Below, piece by piece: positions 35,634 through 50,425 of a stretch of 64,000 bases of DNA. Origin of the DNA: Tubulanus polymorphus (Eukaryota; Animalia; Nemertea); contig NC_134030.1 in NCBI RefSeq assembly GCF_964204645.1, positions 5,746,778-5,810,777 on the forward strand, in the 5' to 3' direction. Positions within the stretch are counted from its first letter, which is position 1. Every line of letters begins with the position of its first letter. Under the pieces are notes generated by a model, which worked only from the letters and a program-made list of their open reading frames with translations, had not been told where the DNA came from and made no database searches. The translations under genes and the position numbers were made by a program.

Positions 35634-37509
35634 AGTCAATATTCGAACTTACTGGCGACTTAGTCATCCGAAACCTAACTAATACAGCTTGGCACTAGAA
35701 ATCCTTTTCACAAAATCAACAAAAAAATTATACAGAAATGAAATGACGAGTACGTACTTATCATTTTGTCATTATATAGCTTTTCTCTATTTTCATACTC
35801 CCCACGGACCACTAATCGCATGTTTGTAGATATTTTTTGAGAAACATATTTTATGTGGGCTGGTGACAATTTGACTTAGATTGAGATCAGAGGTCGACAA
35901 ACTTATGATGACGCATCAAGCTCGCAATCGGTTACCATTGACGACTCGCTAATTAACCTCAATAACTCACTTCAATCCCGAAATTACTTAATGTCCAGTC
36001 TTCTACTAATGGTTTCGCCAAGTAACAGTTGTCATTAGGTATTAATTGATTTTGTTTAATCTCTAAAATGTATAAATCTAACAGCAATTTAAGCGAATCT
36101 GTCTACCTGGCACCTGCGCAAAGTATCGAATAAGAGCGACAGCTTGGTTCTAGTGTATATTCTAATGGATACTCAAACATGAAATGTCGTCACCAGGAAT
36201 CACAATTTTATCTAACGGTGAAAAATATTCATAAATCGTTCCGAACTCTAACGACAGAAATTCGGCGAAAATTACATATTGTATATAAATGCGTTCTCCG
36301 GTATAATGAATGAACAACATGTGTCAGTGAGTCTTTTTTGTAGTATAAATATCGTTATACTTTAACATCAATTTTCTAAAACAGTGTGATGGCGGTTCTA
36401 AAATACTAATAATCAGTTTAGGTTGTGAGGGCTGAGTTGGCCCAGATCTCTAGTTTTACTGCCAACGTTGCAGTCGGTTGAAATTTGCTTTCGTGTAAAG
36501 ACGAGTTTTATCTTTTGGATACTGCCAGGAATCAAAAATGTAAGTAGTAAGTTTTTATTATTTTTTTGAATGAATCATAATGCTCAAATAGATTTTGCCA
36601 TGATAACTATAGAAACTCCTTTTATCTTTTAAATTTAGTAGTATGACGTATCTGTATTATGTCTGTACTGATTTCGCTGAAAATTAGAAAATTAAGCTGA
36701 AAATCTTATGGGGTTGAATTGTAAGTGTTATCAAAACTGTTATTCAAATCTAATGTTGAATAGAAATTCCTTGACTTAATTTCAAAATTCAAAATTTGTA
36801 AACTGTATTTTTTAGGATTCCCCTCTAGGTATCAATATTGACAACTATATAGTTAATTAAGATCGTGCCGAGTAGAAACTTATCCCAATAACTTAGTTTA
36901 ATCAATTCGCGGGCTGACCCCGACACACTAGACATATAGGATGTATGTACACGTAGAACCTATCTCTTGGGGCGTGTACTTGCAAATTTAACACTTAATG
37001 AAACCCGCGGCGTTATATACCGAGCGATGAGTTAAACATACGATATGAGAACAGGCGATTGGCGACAGTGAAGAATGGAACCAGCATTTGTTAAGTTTAG
37101 GTAACTATCGTATCATATTTTCATTATTTTCATTCGAAGCAGTACTTACAGTCGGGCCACCTGTTGTTGTATCAAATATCGTATGATGTTTGTCGGATAG
37201 ACATAATGTATTCCGTGTTAACACGGATAAATGATGAGCTTAAAACTGAAAATTCATGATAATTTACGAAGTTGAAATTTCATCAACCTGGAGGCCTGGT
37301 GAATAAAACGGGCGAAGAAATAACCATACGAATTTTTTTTTCGTGGAAGGAATTATCAGTTAGTCTATCGTTGAACTATTTGCAAAGTGGCCTTTTTAAG
37401 CTACTGTTCACTATACTCACCTACTAACTCTCATCTCCCATAATTTTCACGATTGTAGTAAGTGGCTCTAGGTATTTTTCCAATACGATGTCAATATATT
37501 AATCTGTTA

Positions 37510-37703
37510 GGCTATATAAAATTGATAACTTGTTTCTCAATCCTGCTTAGCTTTAAAGTTGACCTATCCTGTACATTAATACTTTTCAAAATTATGATAC
37601 ACCCGGCAGCTATAGAAATGAACAGGATTACAAATTTTATGGCGTATTACAAAAGTGACTCGGCTGATTAAGAGAAACGAGGTATCATTTTTGTTGTTAA
37701 GTC
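37510..37703. mobile_element. PIF/Harbinger (Tourist-like) MITE, copy 2
   Basis: TTA flanks (37507-09, 37704-06). Homologous to 14401-14610 (aaattgata..ttgtttctc..ctgcttagctt; cacccggc.gctatagaaatgaac; gagaaac.aggta). Confidence 0.78.
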
Positions 37704-40700
37704 TTAGATTTGGGAATAGTTCGATTTATCATTACATATAGGGTTATGAAAGCTGCTCTTTACGAAATACAAGATATATACGCCCTAAGTAGGGTCATCG
37801 ATATCCCACTCAGTCTCTCTACATCTTATCCCTCTCTCTATGGATAGATGTATATTCGCTGATGTGTTATCTCATTCTCAGAGGGTTAATAGTTATCAAT
37901 TATTCAATGAGGTGTTTGCTAGTGTTTACACGTTGCATTCCAAATATGGGCTTATTGGCGAACGCGATTGGGTTGCGTTTTAGTTTGATAAATCCCTCGT
38001 GTACGGCGGAACTCACGCAGCCGAAACGAAAACAATCTTTCGTATTTCGTCGTGATATTGAAATCAGATCGGGGCAATTTGAAAAAAAGCGAACTTCAAT
38101 TAAAAAATCGATCACCGATTCGATCAATCTATCAAATTAATTGGATCTTTATTCTTTCAAGTGCAAACTATTAAAAAAAAAACTATGAATATCCGGAATT
38201 CACGACGTTATCGCGAGCAACGGTGGCAATTATGTAGAAGCAACAAATGTAATTAGTTCGAAACCGATTAACACGGTTTAGACCCAAGAGTGGTGTGTTT
38301 GCATATATTCGTCATAAGAAGCGAATTTGAACAGTAATTTGAACGTATGAAGATTCGGGTTTCGAATCCCATCGAGAAATCATCACGCCAGATTATAGAA
38401 AAACATTTCCGTTGGATCGAGATCTAACGGTTTTCGTCGTTAATTGGCCTTTTAATGTTTTCAGTTGATTTATCACTCATTCGGCTTCTCCAATTAGCCT
38501 ATTGAAATCAGTCTTTTTCACTTTTTAAGTTAATTCCGTTCAGTTCATGGTGAAAAAAGATTGCCTTTTACTTTACCATAATTTGCACAAAATCAGTCTC
38601 TCGCAGTGACGAAAGCGGATGCTATTATTACATTTTGATGTCCTTATCATTTCAATAATCTAATTTACTTTTACGAACTTGACTTTTCATATAACCAACG
38701 CACTCATTATGCTAGAATACGTTCATCAACTTCCTTTCATTGCGTAGATTATCATTTTGCATCTACATGAATATTGAAAATGGATATCTCGGTAGTCACG
38801 TATCAGGACCCAACATTCTGTAAATCGCGGTTCTGTACTAGTTTCTTCTCCGTATCGTCGTTGGCAAGATTTAGAATACATCGACATCCTCGACTCTACA
38901 CGTCACAACTGTTTGATTGAAATAGATGAGTTATGCTGACTTATTTTCTGGTAAAAAGTCCGAAAGAAACTTTTTTTTGAAAAATCTCTCAGAGCACAAG
39001 CGTGTTGAATTATTCTCCAAGAATGAAGCTTATCAAAAATTACAGTAGAAATCGTTTCATATCGATTTAACTTGTCAGAAAGCCTGTATAATTATAATTT
39101 ACAGCTTTTTGAAGTACGGCCTTTTTACCGTGTTAAATCGTGCATAGATGCGCTTCCTTACTCCTAGTCATACCGCCTTGTCGGGGTGAATTAGGATTTA
39201 TCAAATCGTTGTGCGGGTTTTGTGTTTGGTGTTGATAAAGCTCATTGTCGGCGCGGTTCCTGACATTCCCAGTCCTTGATCCATCGATCATCCCCTACAG
39301 GTTCTACACCGCTGTAGCCGGTTGAATTTCACAATTCCCGTTGAGTTTTTCTTTCTCTTTCGTTTCGTATCGACATTATAACGAATACAAAAATACCCGC
39401 GTATCCGATTATCCCGCGGTCCGACCAGGCGCTCGTTTCATCGCTGTTCGTGTGACAGTTTCTGTTTGGTTTCTATTCATGAAACACGATGCGACACCGG
39501 TAAAAAAGCTTAACTGCAAAAGTGTCAAATAGTCGACCACAAGCAGGATCTGGCTCGATTAATAAAGCTAATATACCAACATATCACCAAATACCGTCAT
39601 CAACTGATGAACTTATCCGACTAGAAATTGTCATTACCTGAATTCCCGAGCAGTATGGCGTAATGGCAATAGAGAAATTCGTCGAAATGACAGTCTAGCG
39701 GGGGTCTAGAATTGCAGTTGATAGGTCCATTAGTTCGGATCGGTACTAAAACCCGAGTGAAACTAGTTAACCAGGTAAAGCTAAATAACCAACGTCAGTG
39801 ACGATACTCGATTGTTTGGCGGCGTCGAGATAACGGTCTCAGCGGGTTCCTCGATCAACTTCTAATTTGGCCGCATCATTTGCGCCAGATCGTATAGAGC
39901 TACATGTATGTATATAAGATGACAGAGTTAACGACACAGATTTTTCTCTATTATTTCACTTTACTTTCTATACTGATAGAAATTGCAAAAAGTCCCGATG
40001 GAAATTCAAAACGGACATGATGCTCCTGCCATTCGGCAATAATGACGTGTAATTCTCGCAAAAGAAAAAAATCCATTTTTCTCTTACGGGTTTCTCGTCC
40101 CCAATAATGCCACGCATATCTAAAATAACACAGTCGTTGGCAGTTGATGAAGCAGAGGTCACATGCCTACAAACCACTGCGCAGATTGGTAAGCATTAGC
40201 TAGTGATATATCCATGAAGGCTTAGTCATCGACAACAAAGTTTTAATTAAATTCAGTAGCTGTACTTAGATGTGCCTTAAACGTTCGTACAATACAAATG
40301 TAGTCCGAAGGCGTGTATAGTTTTTTTTTCAAATTGTACAATTGTACATCGCCTTTCTTACGCGTTTCTAGAAAATTCAACTTTATCAGTGCCGGTACAC
40401 TTTTGCATTTGATTCTCTGAGCGAAACGGATCAAGTCTGATTCAGTGAATTCAGAACTGAAAATTGATTGATTGTGTGAACGATACGGCTGTCATTCCCC
40501 GCGTCCAGCTACATTCGATTACAGTTGGCGCAACTGTTCACGCGTATTATGATCAAAAACTATATCTACAAAGTTTCGATTTTTGCCGAACGAAATTACT
40601 GAATCCACGTTTACATAGGAATAGCACTGGTATTCGTTATTTCGCAGTTTTTCACTGTCATTTCAGTCATCAACTATTTTTCTCTTAAAGGGACATGACA

Positions 40701-43700
40701 TCGCCATGTTTGCGTCTGAGGATATAATTGGATGGTAGTTTGGTTATCGGATTCCGAAGGTCGGGTCAGGTGTCTTCAAGTGCCCCACTGCTGCGACGAC
40801 AATTGTGCCAGTAGCAATGTCCGAGCGCCAGAGAGAAAAAAAATAACATACGACGCAATTCATACATTAGCCGCTACGCTAACGGATATGGTTAGCCATC
40901 TCCTCCTCGCTATAGAATTACCTTAATATACGGTAAAAGTTATTGGTAACCTTCAGTTCAAGAAGTACTGACGAATGAAAAAAGAAATACAAACAAAAAA
41001 CCCATGTGGTTCCACTGCCCAATTAGCTGTAAGTCTTCACGAATCGTAAAGGTCCTAGCCTTACAATTAAAAAAAAACCAGATTTTTTTTCTCCACGCGC
41101 AAACTAACATACATTTCCTACCCGAAACTTTTTTGTTTCAATGAATATGTAAAATCCTTAATTTTAGTAATCGAACCATAAACCTTTAACGTGTCTTTCG
41201 TTTTTCCGTACAGAGCAAACGGGAGAAATTTATTTTCATATTTGATGTCGCCTATTATTTGTATTGGACCTTACGGCTGCCACTCCATTCATCGCATTGA
41301 AGTCAGTTAGTTCTGACACGTGTCACGCAAGAAGTAATCAAAAAACCGTGCTGACTTTTCCCCGGATGAACATTTCTCCTCCACGCAATAAAACCCTACC
41401 GACCACATAATCAGAAAGTGATCGATGCCCCCGACGAGATAAGTCGCTTGTCGGGGATCTTTTTTCAAAGATATCCAGTTCGTGATACTAACGCCGATAA
41501 ATGATATGGGTATTGATCGAATGACCAACGGTCGTCGGAAATGAGAGCAAATACATGTAGAAAAATAAAAATACAAAAGGTTTGGAAATTGATATGATGA
41601 CCTATAAAAAACCATCGGTCAATAATAAGAATACCGGGGAATTCATTAACGTTCGACTCAACGAGATGTCTGGTGGTCTCAATATCATATTTCTCGGCTG
41701 CAAACAGTTTTTTATATAACACCATTCGGGTATACAGCCGAACTCCACAGTTATTGACCAACGCTATATAGAGATCGATTTAATGGCTATAAAAATGATT
41801 CCTCTACTAGACGCATTTTCGTCTGCGCAGCAAAAATCGAGCTTAAACGATCGGATGTACTATTATAGACCAGACATATAAACAAAAGTGGCACACTCGA
41901 TATTATCAAGTAAAGAATCGATTTCGCAAGAATGGTCGATCGAACCGTGAACTCTAGAACTGTATTCGTTTTGTAGCCAATGATTAAACACGTCTTCTCG
42001 TTACCTATTGTGATGTGGAGGCGATTTTTCCGATAGGCTCCACTTCCGGAAAGAGCAGGAAAAGAAACTGGTCTAGACAAAATGATTTAGATATAGATTG
42101 TGTGAAAGGAATGGACGTGTGTTGCATACGTGTAATTATGACAATGGCAAAGGATATCATAAAATACAAACTTTTAACCTTTTCTTCGGGAACTGCAAGA
42201 GAAAGGATAACCCGGAAGTTGTCTGTGTCGGCATGTAGAAATGGTGCTATGCATCAAAGAGGGCGCTAGCTGACGGCTTGTCCTCGCGTAAACAGCTTCT
42301 GTCCTAATCCGATGCGTAATCCTCTTCTCAAAGTAAAGATAGAATAAGAAAATAGGATAAAAAGTAGTGATTGAAAAGATGGCTCAGTTCATTATCTAAA
42401 TGCGTCATTGAACACTCAGTGGAATAGTGTTTAGCTGTTGAAGGGTTAACTCTATTCAGTAAATCTTTCAATCACCAGCTGCCGGTGTTTTCGTACCGTT
42501 TTCTGATGCTCGCTTTCGTATAGAAATGAAAAAATCTCGCTAGTAGCGCGATACGCGGTCGATACAAATTCTTCTTTAGAAATCCAATTTCTTTAAAATC
42601 AAACTCAAACAGCGACTTTGGGTTCACAAGAAATCGTAATCTCAAAGCGAGCGACGTCGGGGTAAAATGTTCTGATGATGATGTCGCTTGTCAATTCGGC
42701 GAACGCGTTATCCCCAGGCGTTCTCAGCCGACTTTCGATTTGTGACCATCAATGAGCAATATCCTTCTTTGAAAGTATGTTCACTAATCCGTTAAAGCGT
42801 CTAAAATTCAAACGGACATGTTCCAGAAGATTTTCAAAATTTACCACCCGTAGGCGAGTAAGATACATTCTCGATTCTGTCTAGATGGAACGGTGGGATG
42901 ATTTTTCTTTTTGAATCCGATTTTTGTTTAACACTGCCAAACTGAATTATTGATAGAGTTCGCCCGAGTAGATGTGATGAAACTGGAAGAATCAGAGATC
43001 GCTATGACGAGCTCCTAAGCTATACATAAATAATGACGCCAAATATATGTCCGGTCCAGTGAACTAGTCGTGATTAGAGAGATAATAACGTTAGCCGTAC
43101 CAACCTCTCATATTGCCGAGTATATATCTCTCGAGAATATCATGTCGTAATTTTATCTATATGTTTGAGAAATGTTATTGTTCTTTTCGTTCTGACCGAT
43201 AGCGAAATCAGCACTAATGGGTATTCGAAGCAATAACGCACACTTCCGACCACAGCTCCCAGGACCGTCAATCACGGTTAGCTATGCCTCTTGTACGAGG
43301 TAATAGGATCATCTTTTTGTGTTCTTTTGGGGAATGAGCTCTTCTAATCTTAATAACAGGTCCCCGTGATGTTATGGCTATTTATATTGGTATTCGGTGG
43401 CGTATATGTGGCGGAAATTACGTTAAGCGATGTAACCCTGATGTGTAAGGCGAGTTGATACTGTACAACAACAGCAGCCGCAGCACGTCGGAGTACACTG
43501 CATCCTCTCACAGCGTACACAATACTGGCGAATTAATCTCAGATATTGAAAATTCCCACCGAAATCATCTTTTTTCTCTGTAACGACCAGAAAAAGAGAC
43601 ATTTTCCCGAGAGAAAATTTGATTAGCCCGCAGATTTATTCCGTACGAATATGTGTACATTAGTCTGTCACTTTTAGGGCTTTTTCTGTGTAATAAATAA

Positions 43701-46700
43701 AGCCTGGGACATTTTATTGCCAATTAAAAGGAATTTGCCCGTCAGAAATTGGTTCATTTGCGATTCTTTTAGCCATCTGTGCACATAAACGGTTTTTGTT
43801 TCGATTTCGGGAAAGGTCAGCCAACTTGCGAAATCCTTCGTGGTTTTAATATTCCTTTCAGTACGTAATTTCCTGGCTCCACCCATCGTCATTTCATTGA
43901 CGTCATTTAACCGTCTACGATCTAGTCCAGTATTAATATTGCCAAACATATCATATTGAACATGCCTAACAGTCAAACTGCGTGATTTGCCGATCGATAC
44001 TAGAAATCTGCAAAACGATAGTAAGTTGTTTTCTACGAAGTTTCTATTCAATATAAATATGTCGAATTTAGTTTTGTCAGTAAGTGATCGATACAAAAAA
44101 GTATAGAAATAGTATTCGTCCACTCATTACGGTGATTACATTAGACCTTAGCAAAATAACCTATTTTAAAATTTTCCTTGAAATAAAGCTCCAAAAAGGT
44201 AAACAATCGAGATTAATAGAGTTAATGCGTACATATTCTCCACCGACTAGGCGTCGACTCCTCAACGGACTAAGGACAGCTCTACCGTCGCCGGTCGTTG
44301 ATCGCGAAGCATACGGCTTCTTCTCGGATTCATTTACTTATGATATTTAGATTGTTGTGTTATTTTCCAAGAAAACGAATCTCGAACGGTCACTTGCCGT
44401 CTGGTGAAAGTTGTTTCCATAATTTTCCCAACCGCTGCGATCTTATTCAGAATTTAGATTTTGGTGAAGCGCCTCGAGAAATTTCGCCATCGTCATCTGA
44501 CATAAGGACCGTCTGAGAATACATTATTATCCGATATCAAACTACTTTTATGCGTTGACTACTCTACTTTTGACATTTTACCCTCGTCTTACATCTGTAT
44601 GGGACATGCAGTCTGGTAATATTTTGACCGGAACTGCCGAACGGCGATTCGCGAAATTATTAATGATCGTTCTCGTTTGACGTATACAGGATATACTGCT
44701 TTAGTGTATGGATGTGTGTTAAATTGCGTCTTGCTGCCCACTCGAACATCTCAAATGATTCGCCAACCGCTCTACTGACTTTCAAATTAGCCTAGAGCTG
44801 TCACACAGGAAAATATGGCCAACAACTTCTTAAATCGTGCGACGTATCGAGTCACCATGCAATGCTTAAGCAGTTTGATTGAAAGAAACTTCATTACCAT
44901 GAGCTTTTCATTTAGGTCTGACATCACGAGTCTGAAACTTTTTTTAAACTTATTGTTAGTACTTCGTAATGGAAAAGCTGATTGGTATTGCGAAACGGAA
45001 TAAGACTAAAAATGTGTGGAGAATGTCTTCAATGTCGACAACGCACATGTTCTACTTGTAAGAAATACCCGTTTGAAATAGTTTTTAACCGCATTTTAAA
45101 AATGTCTAGCCGTAATAAGTTGTCGTCTTGGTGTTCTCCGAAGCGCGAAGTAGTTCTTCTTAAGTCTTCTTAGTTTTGTCGATCGACGAATAACAGGAAA
45201 TATTTTCTCCGTCTCGGTTGTTGTTAAGGACGTAAAGGATAAAAAAAGCGGTCGGAATTATGTCGTCGAGTGCCTGAACGTGTTGTGTGGACGTTGTGAT
45301 GATGTATCTTAATTTCATCCAGTAGTGTACCATATTTTGTGCGTATGTGAGAGAGGCAGCTTTTTCCACTCTTCTCTCGAACGAATGTCTTGGATCGAGA
45401 AAAAAAGCTGCTTATGAATTTCCACTCATCGCTAGACAAGGATCATGTAAATCCCACCGCATGCTCTCGACATCTTATCCTTACAGCCGATTCGGTATAC
45501 TTCAATCTGCAAGTCATAAATATAGAAGTCGGCCTCTCTCGTTGTTTGAGCTTCCTGTGTGACCTTATCTTACGACTCGACAAACTGAGGGCCAGCGTCG
45601 CGTATGACATTTTGAAATACTTCAGCTTGCAGCGTTGGTGAGCCATATAAATCAGGTTTTTACGTCCAGATATGTCTGCCCGGTGTATGGGAATATAGAT
45701 AATCCTCAACAAGTAACATTTCGGTCGACGAAGACGATGATCAACATTCTTAGAACTTGAACGAGTTATATTCAGACATTCTACCCCTATACTAAGATAG
45801 ACGTAAATCACATTATGAAATCGCTGAGACATATTCCTATCTCAATGAAAGCGTCGATGCAATATGAAGATGACTTATTGAATGCTAATACTTTAAATTA
45901 CGCCCCTACATCGGGGGCGAGGAATGTATAAAAGCATTTCACACTACACGAGTTCATCGAACGAAGTAAAAAGCAATGCGAAATTCATTCGATTGAAATC
46001 TTCTTCGTCTTTATCTCGCGCTGAGGTTTTTCCTCCGTAAAGTCTATATCTCTCGTGCAATTTAAACGAAGCTGTTACGACGCCATTACAATTCAAAGGC
46101 AACCGAATCCCCTAAACACCCCACGCACGAAGTCAAACAGCGAAAACGAAATAACCACGCTTTATGATAAAAAGACATCAATAATTGCGAGGATAGGTTA
46201 CATGAAATTTCCATTTTGTTCGAACGCGCACGAGTGACAGGCCAGTATTATTTCAGGAATATTTATACAAAGGCTGCGCGGGTACTGGGCTATAATGGCT
46301 GTATGATAGCTCAATGCGTCATTACATTAGTTTAAAATGATAAGAAATACGTCAAAAATCTTCTTTTCTCACCACTGCTGACTAGTTATGATACATAATA
46401 TTTCGTCACGCGATCGCGATCGGTTTTTTGCTGGAACAATGTTTTTCCTCCGTGGAAACCAGCTGAATACCTCATCCGACGCGGTCTTTGCGTCTGATAC
46501 CCGATGAAAATGTCAATATATATTTCTCATGTTACGTGCATTCCATTCCACAAATGAGTAAAATAATATGATGTTTGCCGTGGTTTTACTTTGGTTATAG
46601 CGACTAAACCCCATTCGACGAGTGCCAGATTTTAGTATCTTATCTGCCTGTGTCGTTATAGTATCCTACATATGCACGTCGGACTTAGCACAGAGTGCAC

Positions 46701-48453
46701 TCTATATCTTTGCTCGTCGTTCCTTAGAATTTCTTTCTTTTATTCTTCATTTCTATAGCAGAATTTCAGTCGATTTGTGCATTTTGAAGCCCATATGTTT
46801 CGGTTTGAGAACCGTATAACTCCCGCAGTTCCGCACACTTACCGATGAATGTCTGATTCAAAGGTTAAATCATTAAAAATGAGCTAATTTTACCTACAGC
46901 GTCGAATTAAACGAGTTAAAAGAGTTGTTGGATAATATTCGGTAGAACTAGGCAGAATTTGTCGAGTATATCCTACCTAATACACGTGTAACTTATTTGG
47001 CGAATATTCTCTTTTTTTCGCGGTGATTGCAGGTAGGCCGCCCCCCTGAGTTACATTACCGCACGCCCCCGTGCTCGGTGAAGTCAGAACGCAATTTGCC
47101 CTAATGATAGCGCGTTACCGATCGACACGGGATGGAAATATAGCTCATTGGCTTAATTTGAGAATTATTAAGGACAGCGCACACAACACGCACGATATTT
47201 AATCGCGGCCGCTTTATCGACGGATATGTTCCCCGGAATAAAAATGCGTATTGACGTGTTGACACTTATATCCTTAGTATTGACTTTATTAATGCATAAC
47301 AATTAGGTGATTGTTTACTAGAAAAACACATGGAGGCTTCAGCCTGATTCGGATAAATTCCCATGTTTCCAGTTCTATTTGCATGTCCACCGCGTTGCAT
47401 TGAGTGAATATTTGCCACGGATGGTGGATGATCCCCGCATCGAGAGTATAATTTATTCATGATGTCCTTGACGAAAGAAAATCTGTTCCATGTAATCAAA
47501 CATACTATATCCAGATCACTTTCTTTCAGTTGTTGACATGAAATGAACCTTGCAGAGATTTATGAACGAATTTCCCAATTTTTCAGTGATATCAGATCTG
47601 ACGACAAAATTCCTGATGTGAACGGAGCCCCCAAGATGAAACTCTGAAAGTCTAAGACGCAGTAAGATAAACGTAAGTACAGACATTTTCATTTGAAAAT
47701 CATCCGTTCGGGGCCTACGAAAAGTGAGATCTTCCTAGTTTGTCGATGGACTCGGGTTGCTTTTTTTGTTGTTGTTGCTTGGATTTACAAAACGGGAAAA
47801 TGGAAATATTTGAATAATTTCCATGCTTAAGGACCCGGAAGAGAATAATGTGTTGCGTCAGAATTTTGACGACCGTGGGTATTGTTCCGACATTTCCATT
47901 GATCATGAATATGATGCTTATCATAAGGAACACTTAAAAAGAAAGCAACATATCTTTATACGCTAGACATTAGCGACCCTGTATCGAATATTCATTATCA
48001 ATGCTTTGGTTCATGGAATTTAAGTGTGATGGTCGCTTAGCGTTTGGTCCCTTGTGAATTGATATGGTAATATAATCAGCTGCTATTCTGGTGATGGCCT
48101 ATACGTCCAGTCTGGCCTCGCCGCGCAAGCGTTGGCGATCTTGATACACGCATAATGTACGTGATTCGAGAAACAAGGTTATAGTTAGTGGTTATAGTTC
48201 AATACGACGTCAGCTATGGTCCCTCGTAGATGCAAGCTACGGATAGGGCATCAACAAATGCGTAGGCGAAAGAAAATATCCTATTTGTATTATTAGATGT
48301 AGATGGAAAGTTGGCAAATTAAAAATTCGAGGATTTTTAATCATGTTTCGGTAGAATTTCATCGTTTATCCAATTTCTACTTCGCAAATTCATGTTTGGC
48401 CCCTGCGGTGTTGCCATCTGCCTGTCGCTTCGCTTATTCGACATAAAAACACT

Positions 48454-48500
48454 AGCACCAGCAACAGCAGCAGCAGCAGTAGCAGCAGCAGCAGCACAGC
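48454..48500. repeat. Imperfect (CAG/AGC)n microsatellite
   Basis: agcaccagcaacagcagcagcagcagtagcagcagcagcagcacagc; not inside any long ORF. Confidence 0.85.
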
Positions 48501-50425
48501 GGAGTTAGGCGACCTTTCTCGCTGAAAAATCCAGATTAAAAAAGCGCAACTCTTTTAATGATCGTTATTAACTTAATGTAACCGGAGTGGAGGAACACTC
48601 AAAGACAGCTAAGCGCAAAGGGCGATTAAAACCGTGTGAACACGCCACTTACGACAGCCAACCAGCCATTTAATTGTTTCTTTGAAACGAGAAATAATTA
48701 CATGTCACTGGCGTGTGTCACATTTGTGATTACGCGGTACAAAGGTTGCCTGGGGTTTCTCAATTTACACTTTGTGCGGAGCAACAATCGTTAACACTCG
48801 CTGTAAGCAATGATGTGCAGCAACCATCATCACAACAAACATCCAAACTTTTTCATTTTCTCAATCATGCTTTTTATTATCGCTCAAAAGAATTAGCGCC
48901 ACCTAGAACATCATTAGCGGGCACTAGATTGATGAGATTTCACTCATGAAAACTTCTAAAATGAACTGATTTCAGCGAATCCATCGACCAAATTACTTAA
49001 ATTTCATTTGCAATATCAAAAATTCTCGCGCAATTTTCTTGTAGATTTCTCCATTTCTTTCAGGAAGTAATTATAGTTGAATGTTTTTTATCTTCAAATG
49101 CAGCCGTACCCTGAGTATTTTTAATCGGACTTAAACCCAAAGACTTCAGCTTTGATATCCCTCTAAAAGCTTTGGACATCGTGTACACTCTTTCTATTCA
49201 ACAATGGGTGATATTTTGTGTAATTTTCTATATTTTATCATTTTGTCATCGTAGGGTTTTTCCTTGTCATTTTCAAGTAATTAATGGCAAATAGAAATCG
49301 GATTCCCAGCTAGCGCGCTATATTAATTTGTTGGGAAGCAGGAAGTCAAAGTGAATTCACAACCAAAGCTTTTAAGACCAGTCACGGTGTAGGTTTTACA
49401 ACCGTTTCCGTGCAAATAGAGCGAACACAGTGGATGGTCACGGTCTCGTCGTAAAACAATGTAAACTGCACGTTAGACACACGAGTTATCCTGGAAAAAG
49501 GAAAAACGTCTCATAACTGATTTTTAAAACTACGCGCGCAAATGGGTGAAACATATCAACGGTAACCGAGCATACGCCTTCCGAGTCAGGTTCCCGCGAA
49601 TGTTTTAAACACATAATGTCGCACATCAATCAAAAATATATTTCTACGCGTATTAATTTATGAATTTGTTAATGGCTAGGTGCTGAGTTGACTAAGATGC
49701 TAGGGTTTCCGAATTGTCACGAATGAACTTGCTGCAATTGCGTTCAAAATTGTCCTGCCTATTCCGGCCTTATTTCCCTTACAAACCGTACGTCCACTTC
49801 TATCAGTAGCGTTTTCATTAATGACAATTCACATCGTGAAACGGGATTTGGAATTAGATTAGATTAGGATTTATCTGCATAAAAGGTTGTTACAATGTTG
49901 ACATTTCAAGCAAATCAATGTCCATTCACTGTCACCAAGAGTTGACTATTTGAAAGTGGGTGTTCTAATCGTAGTACATACTTGTACGTTCGATCCCCTC
50001 TGAACTGTGTGATAAATCCATAAGTTTTTTTATCACAATTCTTCCATCAAACTCGGTTATGATAATCGCCTTGCACCCGTCAATAATCTTCATCCCTGGT
50101 CGGGGTATCTATTCAATCGATTTACTACGTCGGTGTTTGGATATCCCATTACGTCGTCAGATATCTTCGAATCTGTCGTTAAGCCTCTCGGGTACAAATA
50201 GATTTTAACATTTCATGACAACATCACAAAAACGCCGTCGGCTTCATAACTCGGCGTGAGCGCCTACGGCCGTATTATAAAAGCATCTAACTCCCAGCGG
50301 ACAAGTCGAGCAGACCACACCCATTTCGTTCAACATTTAAGAAATGGTGATTGAGAAATGGAATTTCCTAATTCGCATGAAATTCCCTTTTAAAATCTAT
50401 CGAATTTTGAACGCATTCTCCCCCA

